Source: Clostridia bacterium (lineage in GTDB: Bacteria; Bacillota; Clostridia; Oscillospirales; Acutalibacteraceae). Taken from it: DNA of 32,000 bases. Below, piece after piece: positions 1 to 8,263 of the stretch; within the stretch, counting starts at the first letter, position 1, and each line of letters starts with the position of its first letter. The stretch is taken from the NCBI GenBank assembly GCA_017435665.1, contig JAFSEP010000064.1, positions 5,357 through 37,356 of the forward strand, read 5' to 3'. The translations under genes were made by a program, and so were the position numbers. The notes below the pieces were generated by a model, which worked only from the letters and a program-made list of their open reading frames with translations, did no database searches and had not been told where the DNA came from.

Positions 1-399
1 TATAAAAGATGTAATATTGAAATCGGAGATTTTCTTATTGTAAATACAGGTGCAACAATAGGTAAATCTGCAATAGCAACTGATTCAAGAACAGAACACA
101 CACTTTTGCAGAAAAGTGTTGCATTATTAAAGGTTAAACATGAGTTGTTAAATCCTGTGTTCCTTAAATGGTGCTATAGGGTAAATACAAAAATGTATAT
201 GGTTGAAAGTGCATCAGCACAGCCTAACTTGTTGCTTTCAAAGATAAATGCAACTGAAATATATGTGCCACATATTGAGTTGCAAAATCAGTTTGCAACC
301 TTCGTCGAACAAGTCGACAAATCAAAAGTTGCAGTGCAAAAAGCACTCGATGAAGCGCAAACACTGTTTGACAGTTTAATGCTGGAATATTTTAGATGA
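1..399 (+). CDS. hsdS: Type I restriction-modification specificity subunit HsdS, C-terminal part (5' end outside window)
   Basis: Frame 1 is open from nt 1 (YKRCNIEIGDFLIVNTGATIGKSAIA...) to TGA at 397-399. It has a TRD-like GDxLxxxxGxxxGK segment and the typical HsdS C-terminal conserved helix (IYVPHIELQNQFATFVEQVDKSKVAVQKALDEAQTLFDSLMLEYF). The tracked start at 106 is a TTG inside a longer open frame. Confidence 0.85.
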   Translation, partial: YKRCNIEIGDFLIVNTGATIGKSAIATDSRTEHTLLQKSVALLKVKHELLNPVFLKWCYRVNTKMYMVESASAQPNLLLSKINATEIYVPHIELQNQFATFVEQVDKSKVAVQKALDEAQTLFDSLMLEYFR

Positions 400-408
400 G
401 GTGAAAAC

Positions 409-1569
409 ATGATTGAAAGACGGACAAAAGAAGATAAGCCTGTTTTAGCAATTTGCTATGATTTTGATAAAACTTTATCTCCTGATGATATGCAAGCTCA
501 AGGATATATACAAGAGGTTTTCGGCGATGACGTGCAAGCATTTTGGGATGAGTGTAAAGATTTGGCCGAAGCCAATGAAATGGACTCCAATTTAGCTTAT
601 ATGCGTAAAATGATGGAACATGCGCATGGGCGAATTGTGTTAACAAGAAAAACATTAAGGGAGTACGGCGCCAAAGTGAAATTGTTTCCCGGCGTAGAGG
701 AGTGGTTTGAACGAATCAGAGATTTCGGCAGACAGCACGATGTGATTGTCGAGCATTATATCATATCTTCAGGTCTTAAAGAAATGATTGAAGGAACAAA
801 TATTGCAAAAGAATTTGAACAAATATATGCAAGTTCATTTTTATTTGACGATAAAGAGGTTCCCATTTGGCCTGCTCAAGCCGTAAATTATACAAATAAA
901 ACACAGTTTTTGTTTAGAATTGAAAAGGGTGTTTTAGACGTTAATGATTCTGGTGTAAATGATTACTTTGAGCCGGAAAAGATTCGTGTTCCTTTTAGAA
1001 ACATTGTGTACATAGGTGACAGTATGACGGATATTCCGTGTATGAAGCTTGTCAATGCTAACGGTGGTCATTCCATAGCTGTTTATGATAATAGTACATT
1101 AGATAAAAGCAAAGCGTTTCAAATGTTGTCTGATAACCGCATTAAATATTTTACCCCTGCTGATTATACTGATGGATCGGAGTTGGACAAACTTGTAAAG
1201 TCTATTATTATCAGAACGGCAGCAAATGAGGTTTTAGAGGAGACACATTTTGCTTGCAAAAAAGAGCGAGATGCCGCACAAGACTCTAGCAATGCTAAGT
1301 ATTCACAGGAGCATATGAAACTGATTTTTTCGCTGGATGGAAGCCGAAATTTCGAATCCACTCATGCAATGATGCCCGAGTTGCTCTCTATTGACGATTG
1401 GTCAAAAGATGAAATTGACATATTACTTGATATCGCATTAAATCGTCACCCAGTTCGTTACTTGCTTAATGATGAGGATGTTAACGCTTTTTATCGTAAA
1501 ATCATTGGTATGTTGAAAAAGCCGACCGATAAAGCAAAAAAGGTTATGAAGCGTTTCGATAAAGAGTGA
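409..1569 (+). CDS. HAD-superfamily hydrolase/phosphatase (PSP-like) with an uncharacterised C-terminal extension of about 110 aa
   Basis: 386-aa ORF. ATG lies 9 nt after the hsdS stop, with GAGGTGA as RBS. HAD motif I is DFDKT (D18/D20, nt 460-468), motif II is ISSG, and motif IV is GDSMTD (nt 1015-1032). The C-terminal region after about aa 270 has no motif I recognise. Confidence 0.8.
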   Translation: MIERRTKEDKPVLAICYDFDKTLSPDDMQAQGYIQEVFGDDVQAFWDECKDLAEANEMDSNLAYMRKMMEHAHGRIVLTRKTLREYGAKVKLFPGVEEWFERIRDFGRQHDVIVEHYIISSGLKEMIEGTNIAKEFEQIYASSFLFDDKEVPIWPAQAVNYTNKTQFLFRIEKGVLDVNDSGVNDYFEPEKIRVPFRNIVYIGDSMTDIPCMKLVNANGGHSIAVYDNSTLDKSKAFQMLSDNRIKYFTPADYTDGSELDKLVKSIIIRTAANEVLEETHFACKKERDAAQDSSNAKYSQEHMKLIFSLDGSRNFESTHAMMPELLSIDDWSKDEIDILLDIALNRHPVRYLLNDEDVNAFYRKIIGMLKKPTDKAKKVMKRFDKE

Positions 1570-1590
1570 ATAATTTTGTGAGGTAAAAAT

Positions 1591-1977
1591 ATGGAATACA
1601 AATATATGACGGATGCTGAACTTGCTTCGGTAATGGTAAGCTATATCACCCGAATAGACCATCTTAGAAATATAATAGGTCGCTATTTAGATCGTAACGA
1701 TCATGGCAATGTTCGTGCAGACCAAATCAAAGCGGCGTACAGAGAGTTAAAGAATGAACTGCGTGAAACTGCAGATTATCTTTGGTTGGAAAGAAATCGC
1801 AAAGGAAGCGTTCTGTATATGAGCGCTTTTTCTCCAAGCATACGCGAGGCAATGGCGGAAGGCTTCACTGTTCCTGTAAATGCTGCTGTTAATTTCCGAA
1901 TGTTTTCATCAGTTTCTGATGCGCACTATAAATTAACAAAATATGTGTCCCTTGAAGAATGGGGAGAGTTAATGTAA
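1591..1977 (+). CDS. Hypothetical protein (128 aa, likely helical), second gene of the hsdS-hsdR nested cassette
   Basis: ATG is preceded by GAGG and sits 21 nt after the upstream stop, on the same strand in a tight operon context. I recognise no family. Confidence 0.55.
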   Translation: MEYKYMTDAELASVMVSYITRIDHLRNIIGRYLDRNDHGNVRADQIKAAYRELKNELRETADYLWLERNRKGSVLYMSAFSPSIREAMAEGFTVPVNAAVNFRMFSSVSDAHYKLTKYVSLEEWGELM

Positions 1978-2024
1978 AAATGAAAAAAATTGAAATTGAT
2001 TGTAATTAAGAAAGGAACTATATT

Positions 2025-2600
2025 ATGGAAGAAATTAAAAATGCAAGCATATCTATTAATCTTAATGAAGGAAATATCCTGATTTCTGGTTCGGAGGATT
2101 TTGTGGAGAAAAATATGGAGAGCATATTTGCTTTTGTTGAGCGTAACAACAAATACAAAAGTACATTATCTCAAAAACAGAACTTACCGATATCTGATTC
2201 TCAAAAAGAAACTCCTATTTCTGGAAAGAGTTTTGAAGAAGAAAACAACAGTATTGTAACTGACAAATACATTAAATCTGGCGTTTATCATGTCGATTCA
2301 GAGGATGGTTCTATTTCCATTCTGAAGAAAATACCTGGAGACAATAAAGCTGAGAAAATGAAAAATATTACACTAATCGTGCTGTATATTAGAAAAGGGA
2401 AAGTTCCCGGAAAGGAAATCATCCCTATTTGCGAAAAACATGCTTGTTATGATAGCGCGAATTTCTCAACTACATTTAAGAATGAGAAAACGAATATTAT
2501 TCGCAAGGGCAGTGGTCAGTCTTGGACAATTGAGCTAACACAACCTGGAGAATCTGCTGCATTAGCTTTACTGGAGGAAATGGCAAATGACAAGAAGTGA
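2025..2600 (+). CDS. Hypothetical protein (191 aa) with a low-complexity linker and a possible C-terminal winged-helix-like region
   Basis: ATG is preceded by AAAGGAA. The 3' end overlaps the next gene by 14 nt, suggesting translational coupling. The C-terminal segment NITLIVLYIRKGKVPGKEIIPICEKH...WTIELTQPGESAALALLEE has a wHTH-like pattern by eye only. Confidence 0.55.
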   Translation: MEEIKNASISINLNEGNILISGSEDFVEKNMESIFAFVERNNKYKSTLSQKQNLPISDSQKETPISGKSFEEENNSIVTDKYIKSGVYHVDSEDGSISILKKIPGDNKAEKMKNITLIVLYIRKGKVPGKEIIPICEKHACYDSANFSTTFKNEKTNIIRKGSGQSWTIELTQPGESAALALLEEMANDKK

Positions 2601-3339
2601 TATTCAAAATGTTTTGGCGACAGCATACCCGTCAGAACTTGTTGACTCTATGTTAGCCAGCTATGAGAATGCTCTTGCTGAATATAAAAAAGAGCATTGG
2701 CAGTATTTTGGTAATGAAATCGGACAATTTGTTGAGGTTGCTCGTCGCATGATTGAATATCAACTTGATAATCGATATACCCCCTTAGCGGATAAACTTG
2801 CCAATTTCAATGAAAGAATTTTAACAGCTTGGGAAAATTATGATTCAAAATTCTCTGAAGTATATCGCATAGTTATTCCGAGGTGTCTTTATTCGATGTA
2901 TTGTCTTCGCAACAAGCGAGGAATGATACATAAAAGTCATATTGACCCTAATAGAATGGATGCATCTGTATTGTTGAGCAATACGAAATGGGTTCTTGCA
3001 GAAATATTCCGTCAGATCTCTACGATGTCATTTGAGGAAACAGAAGAAATTGTAAATTCTATAATGTGTAAAGAATCTTCGATTGTTTGGGATACAGGCA
3101 ATTGCTTGCGTATTTTAGATACTAAAATGAGTTGTAAGAACAAGGTGTTATGTCTTTTATACATGAAAGACGGCCAATCGGACACGGATTTGCAAAAATC
3201 TATTGAATATAAAAACACAACAGAATTTAAGCACGTACTAAGACTGCTTCACAAAGAAAAATTCATAGAATATGCTGATTCGAAATGTATCATTTCTCCA
3301 AAGGGCTTAACAGAAGCAGAAAATTTATTGACGAAATAA
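2587..3339 (+). CDS. Hypothetical protein (250 aa) with a HEPN-like Rx6H motif and a possible C-terminal winged-helix-like region
   Basis: ATG is preceded by GGAGGA and overlaps the upstream ORF by 14 nt. The motif CLRNKRGMIHKSH (R108..H115, nt 2908-2931) sits in a predicted helical N-terminal half and resembles RNxxG..H motifs of HEPN/Abi_C/DUF4145-type domains. The C-terminal segment LCLLYMKDGQSDTDLQKSIEY...FIEYADSKCIISPKGLTEAENLL is wHTH-like by eye. Confidence 0.6.
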   Translation: MTRSDIQNVLATAYPSELVDSMLASYENALAEYKKEHWQYFGNEIGQFVEVARRMIEYQLDNRYTPLADKLANFNERILTAWENYDSKFSEVYRIVIPRCLYSMYCLRNKRGMIHKSHIDPNRMDASVLLSNTKWVLAEIFRQISTMSFEETEEIVNSIMCKESSIVWDTGNCLRILDTKMSCKNKVLCLLYMKDGQSDTDLQKSIEYKNTTEFKHVLRLLHKEKFIEYADSKCIISPKGLTEAENLLTK

Positions 3340-3353
3340 GTGATGGTGATTAA

Positions 3354-6300
3354 ATGACCAACTTTGACTTCTTAACAAAGGACAAGCAATTTGATACCTT
3401 TTCTTCTGTTGCAGTTGCGGCCGAAAAGACCTTACATATTGACCTGTCCACATCAATAATAAATTGTCGCAGGACGATGGAAATGGCTGTTAAATGGATG
3501 TATTCCGTTGACGGTTCTCTTGTTATGCCCTGGCAGGATACCTTGGTCAGCTTAATGAATACGGAGGAGTTCCGTGATATTGTCGGTACTGATATATGGC
3601 GAAGAATGGATTTCATCCGCCGTGTAGGTAATAATGCCGCGCATACGGGTAAAAAGGTCACTCTTGAACAGGCGGAGCTTTGCCTTGAAAACCTTTTTGT
3701 TTTTCTTGATTTTGTTGCTTATTGCTATTCTGATAATTATACCGAAAGTCAGTTTGATAAGGAACTTCTTAATCTTACTACTGAAGAAGCTCTTGATTTT
3801 GTGTCACATAAGGATATTGACCTTGCAGCATTGATCGCTGAAAATGAGTCCCTCAAGGCAGAGTTAACTGCCCGTCGAGAGGAGCAGCAGCAGACCTATG
3901 TTCCGAAGCCTCTTGATATTTCCGAGTATAAGACTAGAAAGATTTATATTGATACTATGCTCACCGATGCTGGCTGGACTGAGGGAAAGGATTGGGTTAA
4001 CGAATATGAACTGCCCGGTATGCCTAATAAGAGCGAGGTGGGTTTTGCAGATTATGTTCTTTTCGGTGACGACGGAAAGCCTCTTGCGGTTTTAGAAGCC
4101 AAGCGCACCTGCGTAGATGTGTCTAAGGGTAGACAGCAGGCTAAGCTCTATGCGGACCTTTTAGAGAAGAAATTTGGTTGCCGTCCTGTTATCTTCCTTT
4201 CTAACGGTTTTGATACCCGAATTACGGATAATCTTTATCCCGAACGCAAGGTTGCAACTATCTACTCCAAACGTGACATTGAAAAGATGTTTAATCTTCA
4301 GACTATGCGGACAAGCCTTAATCATGTGGTTATTGATAAGAATATAGCCGGCCGCTACTATCAGGAGGGTGCTATTAAGGCTGTTTGTGATAGCTTCGGC
4401 AAGAAAAACCGTCGTAAAGCCTTGCTTGTTATGGCTACTGGCTCAGGCAAGACAAGAACGGTTATTGCTCTTTGTGATGTGCTTTTACAGCATGGATGGG
4501 TTAAGAATATTCTTTTCCTTGCGGACCGCAACTCTCTTGTTACCCAGGCGAAACGTAGCTTTGTGAATATGTTGGATTATCTTTCCGTGACTAATCTTTG
4601 CGAAGAAAAAGACAACTATAACGCACACTGTGTATTCTCGACTTATCAGACAATGATGAACTGTATTGATTCGGTTAAGGATGAGAAGGGTAAACTCTTT
4701 ACCTGCGGTCACTTTGATTTGGTTATATGTGACGAGGCTCACCGTTCAATCTACAATAAGTATCGTGATATATTTAATTATTTTGACGCACCTTTGGTGG
4801 GTCTTACAGCTACGCCTAAAGATGAAATTGATAAAAACACCTATGAAGTTTTTGAACTTGAAAACGGCGTTCCTACTTACGGTTATGAACTTGCAGATGC
4901 TGTAAAAGATGGTTATCTTGTTGATTTTATGTCGGTAGAAACCAAGCTTAAATTTATAGAGCAGGGTATTATTTATGATGAACTCTCAGATGAAGATAAA
5001 GAAGAGTATGAAGCTACCTTTGCCCGTGACGGTGATATGCCCGACAGAATCGGTTCGGCGGCTCTTAATGATTGGATTTTTAATGAGGATACTATCAAAG
5101 AAGTGTTGAATGTCTTGATGACAAAGGGTATTAAAATTGATTACGGTCAGAAGATAGGAAAAACAATTATTTTTGCTAAGAACCATCGCCATGCAGAAAA
5201 GATATTTGAAGTATTTAATAAAGAGTATCCGCATCTTAATGGCTATGCAAAGGTAATTGATAACAAAATCAACTACGCTCAGAGTGCAATTGATGAGTTT
5301 TCTGATGCTAAAAAGTTACCGCAGATAGCTATATCTGTCGATATGCTAGATACGGGCATAGATGTGCCTGAGGTACTGAATCTAGTTTTCTTCAAAAAAG
5401 TAATGAGTAAGGCGAAATTCTGGCAGATGATTGGCCGCGGAACCCGTCTTTGTCCCGGACTTCTCGACGGTGAAGACAAGAAGATGTTCTACATTTTTGA
5501 TTTCTGCGGGAATTTTGAGTTTTTCCGTATGGGCGGAAAAGGAAAATCTGCTAATCAGATTGCTTTGCAGGGAGCCATTTTTAACCTCAAAGTACAGATG
5601 GCTTTCAAATTACAGGATTTAGCTTATCAGACTGATGAGCTTATTACATTCCGCAAAGAGTTAGTGGATGATATGGTTCGTAAAGTCAGAGAGCTCAATA
5701 AAGAGAACTTTGCTGTCCGTCAGCATCTGAAATATGTAGAGTTATATGCTAATCCTGATAATTTCACTTCACTTTCTTATGAAGATACTTTGATTATTGC
5801 GGATGAGCTTGCACCGCTTATTACACCTGACGAAGATGATCCAAAATCAATGCGATTTGATGCTCTTATGTACGGAATAGAATTGGCGTACCTTGTGGGT
5901 AAAAAATATAACAGAGCGCGAAGTGATTTGTATAAAAAGGTTTCAGGAATAGCAAGTGTTGCCAATATTCCTGAGATTATGGTTCAGTCAGAACTTATCG
6001 ATAAGATTCTTCATACTGATTATGTAGATAATGCAGGTATAAATGAGTTCGAATATATTCGTGAGAATTTAAGAGACTTAATCAAGTATATACCTTATAA
6101 CGGCGCTATATATCATACTAATTTTGATGATGAAATACTCTCTATTGATTGGAATGAATCGGATCTGGAGAGTGATGACCTTAAGAATTATAAGGCTAAA
6201 GCAGAGTTTTATGTTCGTCAGCATCAGGATAATGAGGTTATTGCCAAACTAAAATCAAACATACCTCTTGATTCTAACGATGTAAAAGTATTGGAGCAAA

Positions 6301-6644
6301 TCTTATGGAGCGAGGTAGGCTCTAAGGAAGATTATGTGGCTGAGTTTGGTGAAAAGCCTCTTGGTGAATTTGTTCGAGAAATTGTTGGCCTAGATATGAA
6401 TGCGGCAAAAGCCGCTTTTGCAGATTATCTGAACGATGTTAACCTTGATTCGAGACAGATTTATTTCGTTAACCAGATAGTTGAGTACATAGTCCATAAC
6501 GGCTTAATGAAGGATCTTTCTGTATTGCAGGAATCACCTTTTACAGACAAGGGTAGTGTTGTTGAGGTGTTTACAGACCTTAGTGTTTGGATGGGTATTC
6601 GTAAAATTATCGAACAAGTCAATGCGAACGCTGTGGCGGCATAA
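3354..6644 (+). CDS. hsdR: Type I restriction enzyme R subunit HsdR with N-terminal DUF4145/HEPN-like domain and EcoEI_R_C-like C-terminus
   Basis: 1096-aa ORF. The N-terminus has FIRRVGNNAAHTGK (DUF4145-type RxxGNxxAH, about nt 3618-3650). The PD-(D/E)xK nuclease motif is ADYVLFGDDGKPLAVLEAKR. Helicase motif I is MATGSGKT, motif II is ICDEAHRS, motif III is LTATP, and motif VI is QMIGRGTR. The C-terminal segment YFVNQIVEYIVHNGLMK...SPFTDKGSVVEVF is typical of the EcoEI-type R C-terminal domain. Confidence 0.95.
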   Translation: MTNFDFLTKDKQFDTFSSVAVAAEKTLHIDLSTSIINCRRTMEMAVKWMYSVDGSLVMPWQDTLVSLMNTEEFRDIVGTDIWRRMDFIRRVGNNAAHTGKKVTLEQAELCLENLFVFLDFVAYCYSDNYTESQFDKELLNLTTEEALDFVSHKDIDLAALIAENESLKAELTARREEQQQTYVPKPLDISEYKTRKIYIDTMLTDAGWTEGKDWVNEYELPGMPNKSEVGFADYVLFGDDGKPLAVLEAKRTCVDVSKGRQQAKLYADLLEKKFGCRPVIFLSNGFDTRITDNLYPERKVATIYSKRDIEKMFNLQTMRTSLNHVVIDKNIAGRYYQEGAIKAVCDSFGKKNRRKALLVMATGSGKTRTVIALCDVLLQHGWVKNILFLADRNSLVTQAKRSFVNMLDYLSVTNLCEEKDNYNAHCVFSTYQTMMNCIDSVKDEKGKLFTCGHFDLVICDEAHRSIYNKYRDIFNYFDAPLVGLTATPKDEIDKNTYEVFELENGVPTYGYELADAVKDGYLVDFMSVETKLKFIEQGIIYDELSDEDKEEYEATFARDGDMPDRIGSAALNDWIFNEDTIKEVLNVLMTKGIKIDYGQKIGKTIIFAKNHRHAEKIFEVFNKEYPHLNGYAKVIDNKINYAQSAIDEFSDAKKLPQIAISVDMLDTGIDVPEVLNLVFFKKVMSKAKFWQMIGRGTRLCPGLLDGEDKKMFYIFDFCGNFEFFRMGGKGKSANQIALQGAIFNLKVQMAFKLQDLAYQTDELITFRKELVDDMVRKVRELNKENFAVRQHLKYVELYANPDNFTSLSYEDTLIIADELAPLITPDEDDPKSMRFDALMYGIELAYLVGKKYNRARSDLYKKVSGIASVANIPEIMVQSELIDKILHTDYVDNAGINEFEYIRENLRDLIKYIPYNGAIYHTNFDDEILSIDWNESDLESDDLKNYKAKAEFYVRQHQDNEVIAKLKSNIPLDSNDVKVLEQILWSEVGSKEDYVAEFGEKPLGEFVREIVGLDMNAAKAAFADYLNDVNLDSRQIYFVNQIVEYIVHNGLMKDLSVLQESPFTDKGSVVEVFTDLSVWMGIRKIIEQVNANAVAA

Positions 6645-6671
6645 TGTAAACAAAAAAGGATTTTACATAAT

Positions 6672-6905
6672 ATGATGCGAAGAAAAGTAATTAAAAATGC
6701 AATTCAGTGTAATCTCTGCGGAGATATAATTGAATCAACCTACAGACATGATTTTGTTGAGTGTAGTTGTAAGGCTTGTTTCGTTGACGGTGGACACGAT
6801 TATCAACGAATTGGTTATGCAGAAGAAGGATGTTTTACAAATCTTTCTGTTTATGAAGAAGTTGATTATATTGAGGCGCGTTATAAAAAGTTGCTCGATA
6901 AATGA
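6672..6905 (+). CDS. Small Cys-rich (zinc-ribbon-like) protein, 77 aa
   Basis: The Cys pattern is CNLCGD...HDFVECSCKACFVDGGHDY (CxxC plus CxCxxC). It lies 27 nt after the hsdR stop and 12 nt before the first cyclase gene, on the same strand. Confidence 0.6.
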   Translation: MMRRKVIKNAIQCNLCGDIIESTYRHDFVECSCKACFVDGGHDYQRIGYAEEGCFTNLSVYEEVDYIEARYKKLLDK

Positions 6906-6917
6906 GGTGATGTTCAA

Positions 6918-7652
6918 ATGTATGAATATAAAAAATCAAAAGAAACCATTGAAAAAATATTAAAATCACCAACTAAAGTTATAGAGAAATCTGCAATTCC
7001 AAGTTCAGATTCCGAGTTTACCTACGAGAATGGATTGAAATCTTGGGTAGGAGCATTGTTTGTTGATATTGTTAATTCTAGCAAATTGTTTGAAAATGCC
7101 AATGAGGATACAGCACGAATTATAAGAAGTTTTTGCTCTGAGATTATTTCAATTCTAAAAGACGATAGTAACTATCGAGAAATTGGCATCAGAGGAGATT
7201 GTGTGTACTGTATTTATAATGCCCCTTACCAAACTGATTTGGTAGAAATATTTCGCCATGCATATCGAATTAATTCATTCATGAGTATGTTGAATAAGTT
7301 GCTTCAAAAGAATGGTTACTCTGCTGTCAGAGTTGGCATAGGTCTAGGATGTGGAGAAGATTTAATTATTAAGGCAGGTCAAAACGGTAGCGGCATCAAT
7401 GATAAAATCTGGATTGGAAAAGCGGTTGTTGATGCAGCGCATCTGTCGGATGTTGCCAACAGAAACGGAGTTTCACCCATTGCAATGAGTCCGTTGTTCT
7501 ATGATAATGTTATAAAACATTTATGTAAGGAAAATGAGAAATATAAATCGTGGATCAGCGCTCACACTTCCGGTTATTATGGTAGCGTTGATTATTACCA
7601 CTGTAGCATAATAGAAACTGGTTTTGATAAATGGATTGAGGAGAATATCTGA
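6918..7652 (+). CDS. Class III nucleotidyl cyclase-like protein (Pycsar PycC-like), copy 1
   Basis: 244 aa with GAGGTGA as RBS. The class III cyclase motif order is FVDIVNSS (FxDIxGFT-like, metal Asp), IGIRGDCVYCIY (GD metal Asp), VRVGIGLGCGEDLIIKAG, then IWIGKAVVDAAHL (equivalent of GxxVNxAxR). Assignment is by motif recognition only. Confidence 0.7.
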   Translation: MYEYKKSKETIEKILKSPTKVIEKSAIPSSDSEFTYENGLKSWVGALFVDIVNSSKLFENANEDTARIIRSFCSEIISILKDDSNYREIGIRGDCVYCIYNAPYQTDLVEIFRHAYRINSFMSMLNKLLQKNGYSAVRVGIGLGCGEDLIIKAGQNGSGINDKIWIGKAVVDAAHLSDVANRNGVSPIAMSPLFYDNVIKHLCKENEKYKSWISAHTSGYYGSVDYYHCSIIETGFDKWIEENI

Positions 7653-7653
7653 T

Positions 7654-8253
7654 ATGACAACAATTACAGAAGGAAAAGAGAATAGTAAAGTGCTCCCCAG
7701 CGCAGAAGATCTTGAATATAAAATCGAAATTGCAACTCAAACTCTTGATCGCAATATTGGCTTTGTTACAAATTGCGATAACAAAACGTCTATTGTTTTA
7801 GCCGCATTCGGTATGCTTCTTGCAATTATTCTCACGAACGAAGGTTTGAATGAGATATTTAACATTGTGAAAGTATGTATTGAAACAAAGACTTTCTGCA
7901 GCATACTATATTTGCTTTGTTTTGCAAGTGCCGTCTTCTCTATGGTATTGGGGATGTTTAATCTTGGTAGAGTGCTGATTGCAAAAACCTCAGAAGAAGC
8001 GATTGGAAGAAAAAATGAGAATTCTCGCATCTTCTTTGCTGGAATAAGAAAAAATGGTAACTATAATACCTACCATCAGAAATTCTGTGCTATGAGTAAG
8101 GAAGATGTCCTAAGCGACTTGATTGAACAGATATACATAAATGCAGATATTGCATCTGTCAAATATGCAACATATAATCGGGGGGTTAGACGCACAGTCG
8201 TAGGATTCGTTTTCTTCGTTGTGCTCCTGCTTATTGGCATTTATATCTATTGA
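7654..8253 (+). CDS. Pycsar effector-like membrane protein (PycTM/DUF5706-like), 3 predicted TM helices
   Basis: I place the start at ATG 7654, with GAGGAG 9 nt upstream and 1 nt after the cyclase-1 stop, rather than the tracked TTG at 7624. The N-terminal helix followed by NCDNKTSIVLAAFGMLLAIILTN resembles the ADTKA-type motif plus TM1 of PycTM. TM2 is FCSILYLLCFASAVFSMVLGMF and the C-terminal TM is TVVGFVFFVVLLLIGIYIY. Confidence 0.65.
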   Translation: MTTITEGKENSKVLPSAEDLEYKIEIATQTLDRNIGFVTNCDNKTSIVLAAFGMLLAIILTNEGLNEIFNIVKVCIETKTFCSILYLLCFASAVFSMVLGMFNLGRVLIAKTSEEAIGRKNENSRIFFAGIRKNGNYNTYHQKFCAMSKEDVLSDLIEQIYINADIASVKYATYNRGVRRTVVGFVFFVVLLLIGIYIY

Positions 8254-8263
8254 GGAGGACGCT

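Noticed and set aside
1980-2009. Tiny 9-codon ORF (MKKIEIDCN) between the second and third cassette genes
   Set aside because: It is too short to support, has no clear RBS and could arise by chance in AT-rich sequence.
3634-5965. Multiple 60-85-aa ORFs in both orientations inside hsdR
   Set aside because: They are all nested in alternative frames of a 1096-aa ORF with complete nuclease and helicase motifs.
6645-6671. AT-rich hairpin (TGTAAA...TTTACA) between hsdR and the small Cys-rich gene, considered as a terminator
   Set aside because: The stem is only 6-7 AT pairs with a large loop and no T-run. It is unlikely to terminate transcription, so the island still looks like one operon.
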